A stretch of 51,515 nt of DNA from a virus (Duplodnaviria > Heunggongvirae > Uroviricota > Caudoviricetes): IMG/VR virus record IMGVR_UViG_2681813321_000027; one strand, written 5' to 3'. The notes below the pieces were generated by a model. That model ran no database searches. It was given only the letters and a program-made list of their open reading frames with translations, and was not told the DNA's origin. Both the position numbers and the translations under genes were made by a program. This document shows, piece after piece, positions 29,787 through 40,692 of this stretch. The stretch's first letter is position 1; each line of letters begins with the position of its first letter.

Positions 29787-30839
29787 ATGAATCTGGTGAT
29801 GTCAGATATTACCCGCAACAAGCTGGGTTGCTATATGGCGCAGCAGGCGTCGCTTAACAATATCCCGGTTTCCGCACTGGTATCGCGATTTACCGTGGAA
29901 CCCTCGGTACAGCAGCGTTTTGAAAACGCCTCAAAGGAAAGCACCGAATTTACAAAAAGAATTAACGTGATCGGCGTGACCGACCAGAAAGGCGAAAAAA
30001 TCCTCCTGGACACCACCGGGCCAATTGCACGCACGAATACCAGTTATGACGGCACAAAACGCCGTAACCCGAATAACGTGGTTGATCTGAAAAACCGCAA
30101 ATACCAGTGCGAACAGGTGAACTACGACACGTTTATTTCATATCCGCAGCTTGATGCCTGGGCGGCACATCCTGATTTTCAGTCCCGCATCAGCGCACAG
30201 ATTGCCCGACAGGTGGCGCTTGACCGCATCATGATCGGTTTCAACGGCACGTCTCACGCGGATGAGTCCAACTTCAGCACCAACAAGCTGCTTCAGGACG
30301 TTAACGTGGGCTGGCTGGAGCACATCAGAACCGACGCCAGCGAGCGCGTTATGAATGACGTAACGCTGACCTCCCGCAACATGGACAACACCGTGGCGCA
30401 CGCGGGTAAGTATGCGAACGCTGATGCACTGGTACAGGACGCACGCTCATCCCTGCTGGATGAATGGCACAAGGAAGCTGACGACCTCGTGGTGATTATG
30501 GGGCGCAACCTGTTTAACTCGCTGCGTCTGCCCGTGCTGAACAGTATCAGCGGCCAGAATCCCAATGCGGAATTACTTGCCGGGCAGCTCATCCTGTCAT
30601 CGCGCACCATTGGCGGGCTGGGCGTGTTCCTTGCGCCGTTCTTCCCGGATGCAACGATGCTGATCACCTCGTTCAACAACCTGTCGATTTACTGGCAGAA
30701 AGGTTCAATGCGTCGTCTGATGAAAGACGAACCGGAATACAACCGCATCGCCACCTACCAGTCCATCAATGACGCTTATGTCGTTGAAGACTATGGCAAG
30801 TGCGCGATGGTCACTGGCCTGAAGTTCGCCGACAGCTAA
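29787..30839 (+). CDS. N: major capsid gpN, copy 2
   Basis: identical. Confidence 0.9.
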   Translation: MNLVMSDITRNKLGCYMAQQASLNNIPVSALVSRFTVEPSVQQRFENASKESTEFTKRINVIGVTDQKGEKILLDTTGPIARTNTSYDGTKRRNPNNVVDLKNRKYQCEQVNYDTFISYPQLDAWAAHPDFQSRISAQIARQVALDRIMIGFNGTSHADESNFSTNKLLQDVNVGWLEHIRTDASERVMNDVTLTSRNMDNTVAHAGKYANADALVQDARSSLLDEWHKEADDLVVIMGRNLFNSLRLPVLNSISGQNPNAELLAGQLILSSRTIGGLGVFLAPFFPDATMLITSFNNLSIYWQKGSMRRLMKDEPEYNRIATYQSINDAYVVEDYGKCAMVTGLKFADS

Positions 30840-30884
30840 TCAACTCACGGCGGGCATCATGCCCGCCTGTAACGGAGAGAAAAA

Positions 30885-31267
30885 ATGATTACTCCTGCAC
30901 AGCAACACTGGCAGAACGTGATGGCACAGCGCGCAGGCCGGGCGAATGAAGGCGTGGACCACGCCGCGCGTACCGCGCATGAAGAGGTGCTGTATCGTCT
31001 GCGTCTGGCACAGGCCCGGCTTAAGGGCGTACAGGCCAGAAGCGCGAAAGCCGCCATCAAAAAAGAGTTATTGCCGGACTTTTCCGGCTGGATTGAGGGA
31101 ACGCTGGAGGCTGACGGCGGGCAGCAGGATGAAGTGATTGCCACGCTGATGGTGTGGGCGATTGACTGCGGCGATCTTCCGCTGGCGCTGCGTATTGGTG
31201 CATATGTGGTCCGTCACAACCTCATCATGCCGGATAACTTTGGCCGTACTGCTGCCACGGTACTGAC
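30885..31267 (+). pseudogene. M: terminase small subunit gpM, truncated after about 127 codons at J3
   Basis: track ORF ends 31274 in junction-derived sequence. Confidence 0.8.
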
Positions 31268-31269
31268 AG
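31267..31269. other. junction J3: M / orphan A / parM upstream (= 7877)
   Basis: ...ggtactgac + a + gattaattaatcaacataagg...; breakpoint lies just 3' of palindromic repeat 2. Confidence 0.85.
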
Positions 31270-31298
31270 ATTAATTAATCAACATAAGGAAAAGCGAC

Positions 31299-32258
31299 AT
31301 GAAAATTTGTATCGATGACGGCTCCACCAACATCAAGCTGGCATGGACTGAGAAGGGCGAACGCCGCAACGCCATCAGCCCAAACAGCTTCAAGTCGGAA
31401 TGGTCTGCGCCGTTCGGTGGCACGCAGCCCGCGAACTACATGCTTGATGGCGTGCGCTATGGTTTTGATCCGGTCAGCGATCGCTTTGTCCAGACGACCG
31501 ACACGCAATACCAGTACAGCGATGTGAATGTCATTGCCATTCATCACGCGCTGGTCAAATCAGGCATCACACCACAGGAAGTGGATGTGGTTGTCACCCT
31601 GCCACTGAGCGAATATTTCGACACAAACGCACAGCCGGACATGGCCAACATCAATCGCAAAAAAGCAAACGTCATGCGCCCGGTGGCGTACCAGAACGGA
31701 AAAGCATTCACTATCCGTAACGTACGGGTTATGCCTGAATCCATTCCGGCTGGTTTTAAAGCACTGGCTGACATGAGTCCGTTTGAATCCCTGCTGATTG
31801 TGGATTTAGGCGGAACCACGCTGGATGTGGCAAAGGTTCAGGGACAACTGGCAGGTATCAGCCAGGTGTTTTGCGATCCACACGTAGGCGTTTCCCTGAT
31901 GGCCGATGCCGTACTGTCGGTGATGGCCACTAACGGTATGCGTACCAGTCACCACATCGCCAATACCATTATCGAACATCGCCATGATGAAGCCTGGCTG
32001 CGCCAGCACATCCACAATGACGCGCATTACGCCAGCCTGATGGCGGTTATTCGTGAAAAGGAAGAAACACTGAAACAACGCGTGTTCCGCGCGCTGGCGG
32101 GTTTTTCGGGTTACGGGCGGGTGATGGTTGTCGGTGGCGGGGCGGAGATTGTGGCACCCGCTATCCGCGAAGCCTGCGGAGTTAATGCGACTTTCATCGC
32201 GGACGGGGTGCCACAGTTTGCTCTGGTTAATGGGCTGTACGCAATGGACAAGGAGTAA
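31299..32258 (+). CDS. parM: ParM-like ATPase, copy 4 (no upstream repeats)
   Basis: offset +23392. Confidence 0.8.
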   Translation: MKICIDDGSTNIKLAWTEKGERRNAISPNSFKSEWSAPFGGTQPANYMLDGVRYGFDPVSDRFVQTTDTQYQYSDVNVIAIHHALVKSGITPQEVDVVVTLPLSEYFDTNAQPDMANINRKKANVMRPVAYQNGKAFTIRNVRVMPESIPAGFKALADMSPFESLLIVDLGGTTLDVAKVQGQLAGISQVFCDPHVGVSLMADAVLSVMATNGMRTSHHIANTIIEHRHDEAWLRQHIHNDAHYASLMAVIREKEETLKQRVFRALAGFSGYGRVMVVGGGAEIVAPAIREACGVNATFIADGVPQFALVNGLYAMDKE

Positions 32259-32262
32259 ACCA

Positions 32263-32574
32263 ATGACGACACCAACCAGACGGATAAGTTTCTATCTGAA
32301 GCCCGCCGCCGTCAAGAACGAAGGCGAAGCATGCGCCTGGCTGGACAGCCTTACACCAGAAGCCCGCAAAAGTGGTCAACGCGTGGCTTTTCTGGCCGGG
32401 CTGGCACTACTGAAAATGAATCCGGCAGAGGCTTACCGACTGGCTGCATGGGCTGATGATGAGGCGTTATCAGTGACACAAACCAGGACAGAACGCCCCG
32501 CGTCACAGCCAGTACCAACCGCACAGATAACCAGTCAGATGGCCGGAAATATCCGGGCGTTATTTCCCGAATAA
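32263..32574 (+). CDS. parR: ParR-like, copy 4
   Basis: offset +23392. Confidence 0.5.
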   Translation: MTTPTRRISFYLKPAAVKNEGEACAWLDSLTPEARKSGQRVAFLAGLALLKMNPAEAYRLAAWADDEALSVTQTRTERPASQPVPTAQITSQMAGNIRALFPE

Positions 32575-32637
32575 CACAACATCAGGGCGCATCCGCCCTG
32601 ATGACTTTAACCCGGGAGCATAAACAAGGGGGACACA

Positions 32638-32970
32638 ATGCAATACATTGACAGAGAAAAAGCGCAGCGACTGATTGAGCGGATGGAAGCGCTGGCGAAA
32701 GAAGAAAATGTCAACATCCAAAAAATAGCTGAATGTGGCCAGATAGTTCTTCGTCGTGAAAAAGACCTCAAACAACTGATGTCTGGCGAAACCAGCAAAA
32801 CATGGACTTCAGGCGAGAAGACGGTTTATTGCAGTTTCTGCAATAAATCCCAGTACGAAGTCACAAAGGTGATTGCCGGACCGTCTGTTTACATCTGCAA
32901 TGAGTGTGTGGATTTGTGCAATGAAATTATCAGGAAAGAAGTGACAGACAAAAAGGAAAAAAACGCATGA
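32638..32970 (+). CDS. ClpX ZBD homolog, copy 4
   Basis: offset +23392. Confidence 0.7.
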   Translation: MQYIDREKAQRLIERMEALAKEENVNIQKIAECGQIVLRREKDLKQLMSGETSKTWTSGEKTVYCSFCNKSQYEVTKVIAGPSVYICNECVDLCNEIIRKEVTDKKEKNA

Positions 32971-33374
32971 ACAGAAAACAGAAACAAGAGTTGAAATACT
33001 TCTTACGTAAAGAAATTGCCAGGCTTGAAGATGCAGAGTCACAATCATCAGAAATTCCGTTCGGAATGGATATCAACGACGCCCGTATGCTTCAGGCATA
33101 CCGTATAGCTCAGGCTGCACTACAGACAAAACCGTTAAATAACATACATGAAAAGTATGATTATTTTACGGATACCGCTTGCTTGCTGACATCTGAAGAA
33201 CAAAAGATAGCCCAACTTTTAGGCGACGCATGGAACCTGTATTTAACATTGCCAGTTGAGCATCCAATGGGTAGAGATGAATTTTGCCGGGCAATTCATC
33301 ATTGCCAAAATATGGTGTTGGCACGCCCGGCCATCAGGGCGCTGGCCAGGAAGGGGCAAGGCTATAAAAGATAA
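32967..33374 (+). CDS. hypothetical 135-aa protein, copy 4
   Basis: offset +23392. Confidence 0.5.
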   Translation: MNRKQKQELKYFLRKEIARLEDAESQSSEIPFGMDINDARMLQAYRIAQAALQTKPLNNIHEKYDYFTDTACLLTSEEQKIAQLLGDAWNLYLTLPVEHPMGRDEFCRAIHHCQNMVLARPAIRALARKGQGYKR

Positions 33375-33859
33375 GTAAAACGCCCTCCTCCAGGGCGTTT
33401 ATTTCAATGCACAATAGTGCACAAATTTGCACAATTTTTTTGAACGACTGTTTACCCTTCCAGCCCGTATAGCGGCTGGATCCGTCAAGGATCCGTGCGT
33501 GCACAAAAAAACGCGCTTTTTCTGCGCGCAGGTGACGGGGGAACAGCCCGCGTTTCAGGGGGTAAATAGCATTCCCTGAACGATGTCGCAGAGACACAAC
33601 AGAATGGCTGTATTTCTCACTCTGAGCGTGAAAAATACGTGAGGGATTCTGATTTGATGGGGTGAAAGGTAAGGCCGTCAAAATCGCACTGAGGCGGCGA
33701 AGAACATGCAGTCAACGCGGTGGGATTGCGTAAGAGTCTGACCGCCGATGATGGCAATAAGCAGAAAAGCGTCGTGAAATTATCTGATTGATACAGGAGC
33801 TGGAGAGCCGGGGCATAAATTTTTTATGCCCCGGCGAAGCAGCAGACAAGCGAAGCGCG

Positions 33860-34906
33860 TCAGGATGTGGGCTGGGTATCTAACAGTGCGTAAGGGTTAA
33901 AGCGGATCACCTCTTCGCCAAGCCAGTCATTGATGTGCTTCATGGCCTCCATGACGGGCATCAGCTCGTTAATTGCGTAAACCCGCGCGGCCTTCTCCAC
34001 ATCACCAAACGCACTTTTTTCACCCGGCATCGCCCCCATAAGTTGCGGCGGAACGCGGTGCGCAGCCAGCACATCATCACGGGATGCCGCCTTAACATTC
34101 ATGAACTCATCCTTTGCGGTGATCTGCTGGAACGGCAAAATTTGCACCCCCTCTTTGCCCCCGTTGGGCGCATGAATGAGCACGTTTTTAAACGCACCGC
34201 CACCACGTGCACCCTGTAGCGTTTCTTTCAGGGAGTCCATGCTTTCGCGGTTTACCTGCGCTGCACCGATGTAGATGATGCACCCGGCGTGGGATCCGTT
34301 GTCGTAATACAGTTTTCTGAACATGTCCGCCGAATGAGACAGGCTGGCCGAGAGTAATGCGCCGAGATATTCCGGCATGCCGTAGATTTCCTGGTTAATG
34401 TCAGGATTCATCAGGTGGCACACTTTGCCAGGGCGAAACTGGAACGCATCCTTGCCATCCTGCACATACCACCATGATTCAAGATCGCTACCGCGTCGCA
34501 TGTATTTCGCCAGGGCGTGCCGTAATTTAAGCGGTTCGCCGAGCATATTGCTTCGAAGCTCAAGGAATGCGTTACCGAACACAAACCAGTCCAGCGCCAG
34601 CGCCGAGAAATCCTGCCGGGAAAGCAGCGGGTGCGGGATGTAGCAACCGAGTAATACATTGCGCTTAAAGTAAAGCGCAGACTGATGCCAGGACGTTTGC
34701 CGGGCAGCTCTTGCCAGACCGTACCAGTCCACCGGGGTTTCATACCACCGCCCGTTATCAGCACAGTACATATTGTCCAGCAGGTCATGCCCGGTCAGGC
34801 GATAAGGACCATCAAATGTGAATGCACTGAGCGACGATTCTTTCCTGAGCGCATCAGCGAGATCAATGCGTGAACTCATGCGCACTTTTTTATTTTTTCT
34901 GCTCAT
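33860..34906 (-). CDS. Q: portal gpQ, copy 4
   Basis: identical protein. Confidence 0.85.
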   Translation of the reverse strand: MSRKNKKVRMSSRIDLADALRKESSLSAFTFDGPYRLTGHDLLDNMYCADNGRWYETPVDWYGLARAARQTSWHQSALYFKRNVLLGCYIPHPLLSRQDFSALALDWFVFGNAFLELRSNMLGEPLKLRHALAKYMRRGSDLESWWYVQDGKDAFQFRPGKVCHLMNPDINQEIYGMPEYLGALLSASLSHSADMFRKLYYDNGSHAGCIIYIGAAQVNRESMDSLKETLQGARGGGAFKNVLIHAPNGGKEGVQILPFQQITAKDEFMNVKAASRDDVLAAHRVPPQLMGAMPGEKSAFGDVEKAARVYAINELMPVMEAMKHINDWLGEEVIRFNPYALLDTQPTS

Positions 34907-36657
34907 CAGAACTCCATAACCGTGAAACGCTCGTTTTCTCCTTCGCCGCCAATCGGTTCGTTAATGACAGCAAGCATGGTTGCCCACGCAAGGTCGCCGT
35001 GGCTGATCCCCCTCGCGCGGTCCGTTTCGTAAGTGATAAAGCCGCCCGGTGTTTTCACCTTACGCACGGCGTTAAAGGCCGCGACCAGCTCGCGTTCGGC
35101 GCGATCGTATTCCCACCGCCCGGCACGCATTATTTGCAGCATTTTCAGTACCAGCGACCGTTTTGATGACAGCGTGAAGGTGTACGGAATAGCAGCAGGG
35201 AAAAACCGTTTCACTATCTGATAAACAGCCTCCCCGTTCCCGCCCGTCACATCAATGCCGATGTGTTCCACGTTGTAGCGATACGTGAACTCTTCAATGA
35301 CTCTGGCCTGTTCTTCAAACTCCAGCCCCTGAACGCGTCTCGTCTCCACCGTTCGAAAACGGCCACCAGGAACAGCCGGAGGAACCACCACGGACACAGC
35401 GCCGCTGTCGCCGTTGCCACTGCTGCCGTTTGCGTCATACCCAATCCATACCGGACGATTCCCCATCGGGCGGGGAGCAAAAGGTTTCCAGTCTTTCCAG
35501 TCGTCGTATCCGTCAACACCGCAGCCAATCAGGATATTCAGGTTAAATGCCGATTCCCCTTCGCGGACAAACTCACACATATAGAGATTGAGGAACTCGT
35601 CTTCGGTGTTTTCATCACGAATTTCGTCGATATCGGTGTGTTTCCAGCCGTGATTAACCACATCTTCCAGCGTGACAATTTGCCGCCACGTCCGGTCAGG
35701 GCAGATAAGCCCGTTATGCAGCGTTTTCCAGTCCACAGAAAAACGCTGGCGTTTATGCGAGGCCTTTTTCTCGTTCCAGCGGTCGCCGTTCCAGTAGGCG
35801 TATGCCTCGTGCGTTTCGGTGGATGGCGTGGAGAAGTAGGTGCGCCGCAGTCCGCTGAGGGTTGCCATAGCGCCAGCCACCTTGCGCAGTTCAGCAAAGC
35901 GACTGACCCAGAAAAATTCATCAAAATAAAAATTGCCCGTGTAGGACTGTGCCGTCGCAGCAGAAGTACCAAGAAAATGCAGCTCTGCGCCGTTGGAGAG
36001 GATGATTTTATCGCCCCCTTTCAGCTCCACATCAACTTCAGCCGCAGCCTTCTGAATAATGCTTTTAAACTGGAACGCCTGACGACGCGACGCAGACAAA
36101 AAAATCTGGTTACGCTGGTAAGGTTGTGCCACATCGTCACGCAGCGCCATCAGCAGTGCTTCCTGTGCAAAATACCAGGTCGCCCCAATCTGTCGGGATT
36201 TCAGGATCATCCTGTTACGTATCCCGGCTTCACTGCAAAGGGTCAGGGAGTCAAACCAGCCCCGCTGATGCCACTCCAGCCTGCTGATGATTTTTTCCCG
36301 CAGTGCGGCAATCTGTTCCGGCGTGAAATGATTTTTGAGTTTTTTCGCCCGGCCTTTCTTTCCTGCGGCCATCACATCCGGCTGGCCATCATGCAGCTTT
36401 TTAAGCTGCCGGGTCAGCAGGTCTATTTCCTTGAAGTCACCACCTGTTTTATTCTGTTTTTCAGTAAGCTGGATGAGGCGCGCATCGATGGACTGCGTGA
36501 CACGCTGCACGGGTGGCGTTTCATCCCACTGGTCGCGTTTTTTCCACGCATAAATCGTGTTCGGGTTTATTCCCATCAGACGTGATATTTCTGCGGGCGG
36601 ATAACCCTGCCAGTAAAGTTGTCGCGCACGCTGGCGTACAAAAGCGTCCTGAATCAT
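34906..36657 (-). CDS. P: terminase ATPase gpP, copy 4 (variant allele)
   Basis: one aa change (T to M in DVxAAGKK) plus several silent changes between about 35540 and 36480. Confidence 0.85.
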   Translation of the reverse strand: MIQDAFVRQRARQLYWQGYPPAEISRLMGINPNTIYAWKKRDQWDETPPVQRVTQSIDARLIQLTEKQNKTGGDFKEIDLLTRQLKKLHDGQPDVMAAGKKGRAKKLKNHFTPEQIAALREKIISRLEWHQRGWFDSLTLCSEAGIRNRMILKSRQIGATWYFAQEALLMALRDDVAQPYQRNQIFLSASRRQAFQFKSIIQKAAAEVDVELKGGDKIILSNGAELHFLGTSAATAQSYTGNFYFDEFFWVSRFAELRKVAGAMATLSGLRRTYFSTPSTETHEAYAYWNGDRWNEKKASHKRQRFSVDWKTLHNGLICPDRTWRQIVTLEDVVNHGWKHTDIDEIRDENTEDEFLNLYMCEFVREGESAFNLNILIGCGVDGYDDWKDWKPFAPRPMGNRPVWIGYDANGSSGNGDSGAVSVVVPPAVPGGRFRTVETRRVQGLEFEEQARVIEEFTYRYNVEHIGIDVTGGNGEAVYQIVKRFFPAAIPYTFTLSSKRSLVLKMLQIMRAGRWEYDRAERELVAAFNAVRKVKTPGGFITYETDRARGISHGDLAWATMLAVINEPIGGEGENERFTVMEF

Positions 36658-36811
36658 TGCTCCCCCTGAGTAATTACAGGAAGATTACCCGCGCGCGAAA
36701 CCGTTCTCCTTAACCCCCTGTTCTGGCCGTTTTCTTACAACAAAAGCCCTTTGTATCAGCCTGTTACGCTTTGCCATCATGACTGAAGAACCAGTCAGAG
36801 GGGCAAAAACT

Positions 36812-37648
36812 ATGGCTAATGAAAAAAAGACATCCCGCAAAAAGTTTCGCGTGGCTGTCTCCGGATTAACTGTTGATGGACGTGAAATCAGCCCGGTACA
36901 TCTGCGTGAAGCCGCCGAGAACTTCAACCCGGATGTTTACGCTGCCCGCGTGAACGTTGAGCACTATCTCTCGCCATGCCCGTCAAGCGAATTTTCCGCA
37001 ATGGGCGATGTCACCGCGCTGAGTACGGAAGATATTACGGAAGGCCCGCTGGCCGGACGTACTGCGCTGTATGCAGAAATCGAACCGACCGAGCGCATGA
37101 AGCAGCTTGTCGCTGACGGCAAGAAAATCTATTCCAGTATCGAACTGCACCCGCAGTTCTCCGTTAACGGGCGCGCCTATCTGGTCGGGCTGGCGATGAC
37201 CGACACCCCGGCAAGCCTGGGCACTGAGCGCCTGAAATTCACGGCACAGCAGCGTCAGGCGGTGATGACGTTCAACAGTATCCAGGGTGAAGCACCGCTT
37301 ATCTCCGAAGCCATCGAGTCTGAAATCATCGAAATGGCAGAACAACGCCAGGAAGAAGGCACCCAGTGGTTTAACCGCGTAATGGGAATTATTGGTCGTG
37401 GCCGCAAAGCGGATGACGCCAGTTTCTCCCGTATTCAGGAAGCGGTGGAAGGCGTCGCAACGTCACAGGCCGACATTATCGACCGTTTTAATGTGCTGGA
37501 AACCCGCCATCAGCAGGACCGCCAGAAAATCACGTCACTGACCACAGAGCTGACAGCACTGAAGGAAAAACTGCGCACGCAGGACAGCGATCCGCAGAAC
37601 CGCTTCACCGCAACGGGCGCAGCCTCCGACCAGCTGGCTGACTTCTGA
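36812..37648 (+). CDS. O: scaffold gpO, copy 3
   Basis: identical. Confidence 0.85.
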   Translation: MANEKKTSRKKFRVAVSGLTVDGREISPVHLREAAENFNPDVYAARVNVEHYLSPCPSSEFSAMGDVTALSTEDITEGPLAGRTALYAEIEPTERMKQLVADGKKIYSSIELHPQFSVNGRAYLVGLAMTDTPASLGTERLKFTAQQRQAVMTFNSIQGEAPLISEAIESEIIEMAEQRQEEGTQWFNRVMGIIGRGRKADDASFSRIQEAVEGVATSQADIIDRFNVLETRHQQDRQKITSLTTELTALKEKLRTQDSDPQNRFTATGAASDQLADF

Positions 37649-37671
37649 TAAGACAAAGGAGCAAATTTTTT

Positions 37672-38724
37672 ATGAATCTGGTGATGTCAGATATTACCCG
37701 CAACAAGCTGGGTTGCTATATGGCGCAGCAGGCGTCGCTTAACAATATCCCGGTTTCCGCACTGGTATCGCGATTTACCGTGGAACCCTCGGTACAGCAG
37801 CGTTTTGAAAACGCCTCAAAGGAAAGCACCGAATTTACAAAAAGAATTAACGTGATCGGCGTGACCGACCAGAAAGGCGAAAAAATCCTCCTGGACACCA
37901 CCGGGCCAATTGCACGCACGAATACCAGTTATGACGGCACAAAACGCCGTAACCCGAATAACGTGGTTGATCTGAAAAACCGCAAATACCAGTGCGAACA
38001 GGTGAACTACGACACGTTTATTTCATATCCGCAGCTTGATGCCTGGGCGGCACATCCTGATTTTCAGTCCCGCATCAGCGCACAGATTGCCCGACAGGTG
38101 GCGCTTGACCGCATCATGATCGGTTTCAACGGCACGTCTCACGCGGATGAGTCCAACTTCAGCACCAACAAGCTGCTTCAGGACGTTAACGTGGGCTGGC
38201 TGGAGCACATCAGAACCGACGCCAGCGAGCGCGTTATGAATGACGTAACGCTGACCTCCCGCAACATGGACAACACCGTGGCGCACGCGGGTAAGTATGC
38301 GAACGCTGATGCACTGGTACAGGACGCACGCTCATCCCTGCTGGATGAATGGCACAAGGAAGCTGACGACCTCGTGGTGATTATGGGGCGCAACCTGTTT
38401 AACTCGCTGCGTCTGCCCGTGCTGAACAGTATCAGCGGCCAGAATCCCAATGCGGAATTACTTGCCGGGCAGCTCATCCTGTCATCGCGCACCATTGGCG
38501 GGCTGGGCGTGTTCCTTGCGCCGTTCTTCCCGGATGCAACGATGCTGATCACCTCGTTCAACAACCTGTCGATTTACTGGCAGAAAGGTTCAATGCGTCG
38601 TCTGATGAAAGACGAACCGGAATACAACCGCATCGCCACCTACCAGTCCATCAATGACGCTTATGTCGTTGAAGACTATGGCAAGTGCGCGATGGTCACT
38701 GGCCTGAAGTTCGCCGACAGCTAA
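37672..38724 (+). CDS. N: major capsid gpN, copy 3
   Basis: identical. Confidence 0.9.
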   Translation: MNLVMSDITRNKLGCYMAQQASLNNIPVSALVSRFTVEPSVQQRFENASKESTEFTKRINVIGVTDQKGEKILLDTTGPIARTNTSYDGTKRRNPNNVVDLKNRKYQCEQVNYDTFISYPQLDAWAAHPDFQSRISAQIARQVALDRIMIGFNGTSHADESNFSTNKLLQDVNVGWLEHIRTDASERVMNDVTLTSRNMDNTVAHAGKYANADALVQDARSSLLDEWHKEADDLVVIMGRNLFNSLRLPVLNSISGQNPNAELLAGQLILSSRTIGGLGVFLAPFFPDATMLITSFNNLSIYWQKGSMRRLMKDEPEYNRIATYQSINDAYVVEDYGKCAMVTGLKFADS

Positions 38725-38769
38725 TCAACTCACGGCGGGCATCATGCCCGCCTGTAACGGAGAGAAAAA

Positions 38770-39570
38770 ATGATTACTCCTGCACAGCAACACTGGCAGA
38801 ACGTGATGGCACAGCGCGCAGGCCGGGCGAATGAAGGCGTGGACCACGCCGCGCGTACCGCGCATGAAGAGGTGCTGTATCGTCTGCGTCTGGCACAGGC
38901 CCGGCTTAAGGGCGTACAGGCCAGAAGCGCGAAAGCCGCCATCAAAAAAGAGTTATTGCCGGACTTTTCCGGCTGGATTGAGGGAACGCTGGAGGCTGAC
39001 GGCGGGCAGCAGGATGAAGTGATTGCCACGCTGATGGTGTGGGCGATTGACTGCGGCGATCTTCCGCTGGCGCTGCGTATTGGTGCATATGTGGTCCGTC
39101 ACAACCTCATCATGCCGGATAACTTTGGCCGTACTGCTGCCACGGTACTGACCGAAGAAATCTGTAATCCGGTACTGACGCAGGCCGGGACGGATGCCGA
39201 CGCGGATTTGTCCGCCTTTATCGAACCACTGGACACCCTCCGGGAGATTGTCACCGACCAGGACATGCCGGACGAAGTGCGCGCCAAATTATGCAAAGCG
39301 TGCGCCTTTGCCCGCCGTGGCCTGACCGATGCGGACAGCATGGCCTCATCACTGAAGCTGCTGCGCGAAGCGATGCACCTGAACCCGAACGCAGGTGTGA
39401 AACGCGAGATTGCAACCCTTTCCCGCGCCCTGAAAAAAGCCGATTCCGCAGCCGCACCAGAAGATGCCAGCACACCGCAGGCGCAGGACGAAAGCAGCAA
39501 AAGTAAAAAGACAACGCGCAAGCCTGCAACACGAAAAACCACCGCGACGCAGAAGGCGAAGCGCGGTTAA
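38770..39570 (+). CDS. M: terminase small subunit (P2 gpM family), full length
   Basis: 266 aa; RBS ggagag; basic KKTTRKPATRKTT C-terminus; position O-N-M-L. Confidence 0.8.
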   Translation: MITPAQQHWQNVMAQRAGRANEGVDHAARTAHEEVLYRLRLAQARLKGVQARSAKAAIKKELLPDFSGWIEGTLEADGGQQDEVIATLMVWAIDCGDLPLALRIGAYVVRHNLIMPDNFGRTAATVLTEEICNPVLTQAGTDADADLSAFIEPLDTLREIVTDQDMPDEVRAKLCKACAFARRGLTDADSMASSLKLLREAMHLNPNAGVKREIATLSRALKKADSAAAPEDASTPQAQDESSKSKKTTRKPATRKTTATQKAKRG

Positions 39571-39585
39571 CGACTGACCCCGTCA

Positions 39586-39658
39586 GCGGGCGGCGTGCGC
39601 GGTGTTCCGGTTTGACTCCGTGACCGTTTACACCGCGCACCCACCGCCCGATTTTTTC
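39586..39658 (+). terminator. long-stem hairpin plus T-run after M
   Basis: gggcggcgtgcgcggtg ... caccgcgcacccaccgccc inverted repeat followed by gattttttc. Confidence 0.45.
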
Positions 39659-39671
39659 AGGAGTGAACCCC

Positions 39672-40166
39672 ATGAGTATGGTTGCCAGAACCAACCCCGG
39701 ACCCGCAGAGGACGACATCACCGATACCGATGATGGTGATACCCGTATTTCAGCGGGCGCATTCTGGCCGGATATTGTGCTGCGTGAGCTGCGTCTGGCG
39801 ATACGACTGCCGGGCCGTGTAACCACCTCCCGCCTGCTGCATACCGCCACCGGGGCCGTGGCACACGTTACCCGCGAGCTGAAAGCGTGGCAGCAGGAAC
39901 AGCAGGCGGCTGGCCATCAGACGCTGTCCGATGTTCCGGCACCCGTAATTAACGGAGAAAGCGTCAATCTCTGGCACTGGCGCAATGCCGTTTATACCGC
40001 CACACGCGCCCTGATTCTGGAGCGTTACCGCGATGCGGACACAACGGATAAGGGCGACCGCCGGGCGGACGCACTGGATATACAGACATCGGATTTGTGG
40101 CGCGATGTGAGCTGGGCCATCTCTGACATTCTGTGCCGCCCGCGAATCTTTGCGGAGTTGTGCTGA
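39672..40166 (+). CDS. L: head completion/stabilisation protein (P2 gpL family)
   Basis: 164 aa from ATG 39672 with aggag RBS; DLWRDVxWAI C-terminal motif as in P2 L. Confidence 0.8.
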   Translation: MSMVARTNPGPAEDDITDTDDGDTRISAGAFWPDIVLRELRLAIRLPGRVTTSRLLHTATGAVAHVTRELKAWQQEQQAAGHQTLSDVPAPVINGESVNLWHWRNAVYTATRALILERYRDADTTDKGDRRADALDIQTSDLWRDVSWAISDILCRPRIFAELC

Positions 40167-40366
40167 TGAAAGTGAAGGCACTGGAAGGCGACACCGTGGA
40201 TTCGCTCTGTTTCCGGTACTACGGCACGACGCAGGGCGTCACCGAAAAGGTGCTGGATGCCAACCCCGGACTCTGTCAGCAGGTATTTCTGGACGCCGGG
40301 CAGGAAGTGGAGATGCCGGAGCCGGAGAAGAAGAAACGAGAAATGATTCAGTTGTGGGGGGAGTAG
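40166..40366 (+). CDS. X: tail protein X (P2 gpX family)
   Basis: 66 aa; LxGDTxDxxCxRYYG and NPGL motifs match P2 gpX. Confidence 0.8.
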   Translation: MKVKALEGDTVDSLCFRYYGTTQGVTEKVLDANPGLCQQVFLDAGQEVEMPEPEKKKREMIQLWGE

Positions 40367-40368
40367 CA

Positions 40369-40692
40369 GTGAGCACCATTCAAACAGGGATCACAGAGCA
40401 GGTTATTGCGTGGCTCTTTGACCACCTGCCAACGGTGTATGCAGTAGGCGCGGCGGTCAGCATTTCCGCGCTGATGAGTCTTTATGACGGACGAACACTG
40501 GTTCAGACCGTAACGGGATCGCTGGCGTGCGGCGTTCTTGCCATGGCCGTGGCCGGGTCGTTGCGCTTCTTCGGTTTTCCTGAAGATGCCGTGACGTTTA
40601 TCGGCGCATCAATCGGTTTTATGGGGGCAGAGAAAGCACGCGACAAGGTTATTGCGGCCTTTAATCGCAGGGTGAAGGAGAAAGACGAATGA
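40369..40692 (+). CDS. holin (putative)
   Basis: 107 aa from GTG 40369 with gggggag RBS; 2-3 hydrophobic helices, charged C-terminus; just upstream of endolysin. Confidence 0.6.
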   Translation: MSTIQTGITEQVIAWLFDHLPTVYAVGAAVSISALMSLYDGRTLVQTVTGSLACGVLAMAVAGSLRFFGFPEDAVTFIGASIGFMGAEKARDKVIAAFNRRVKEKDE

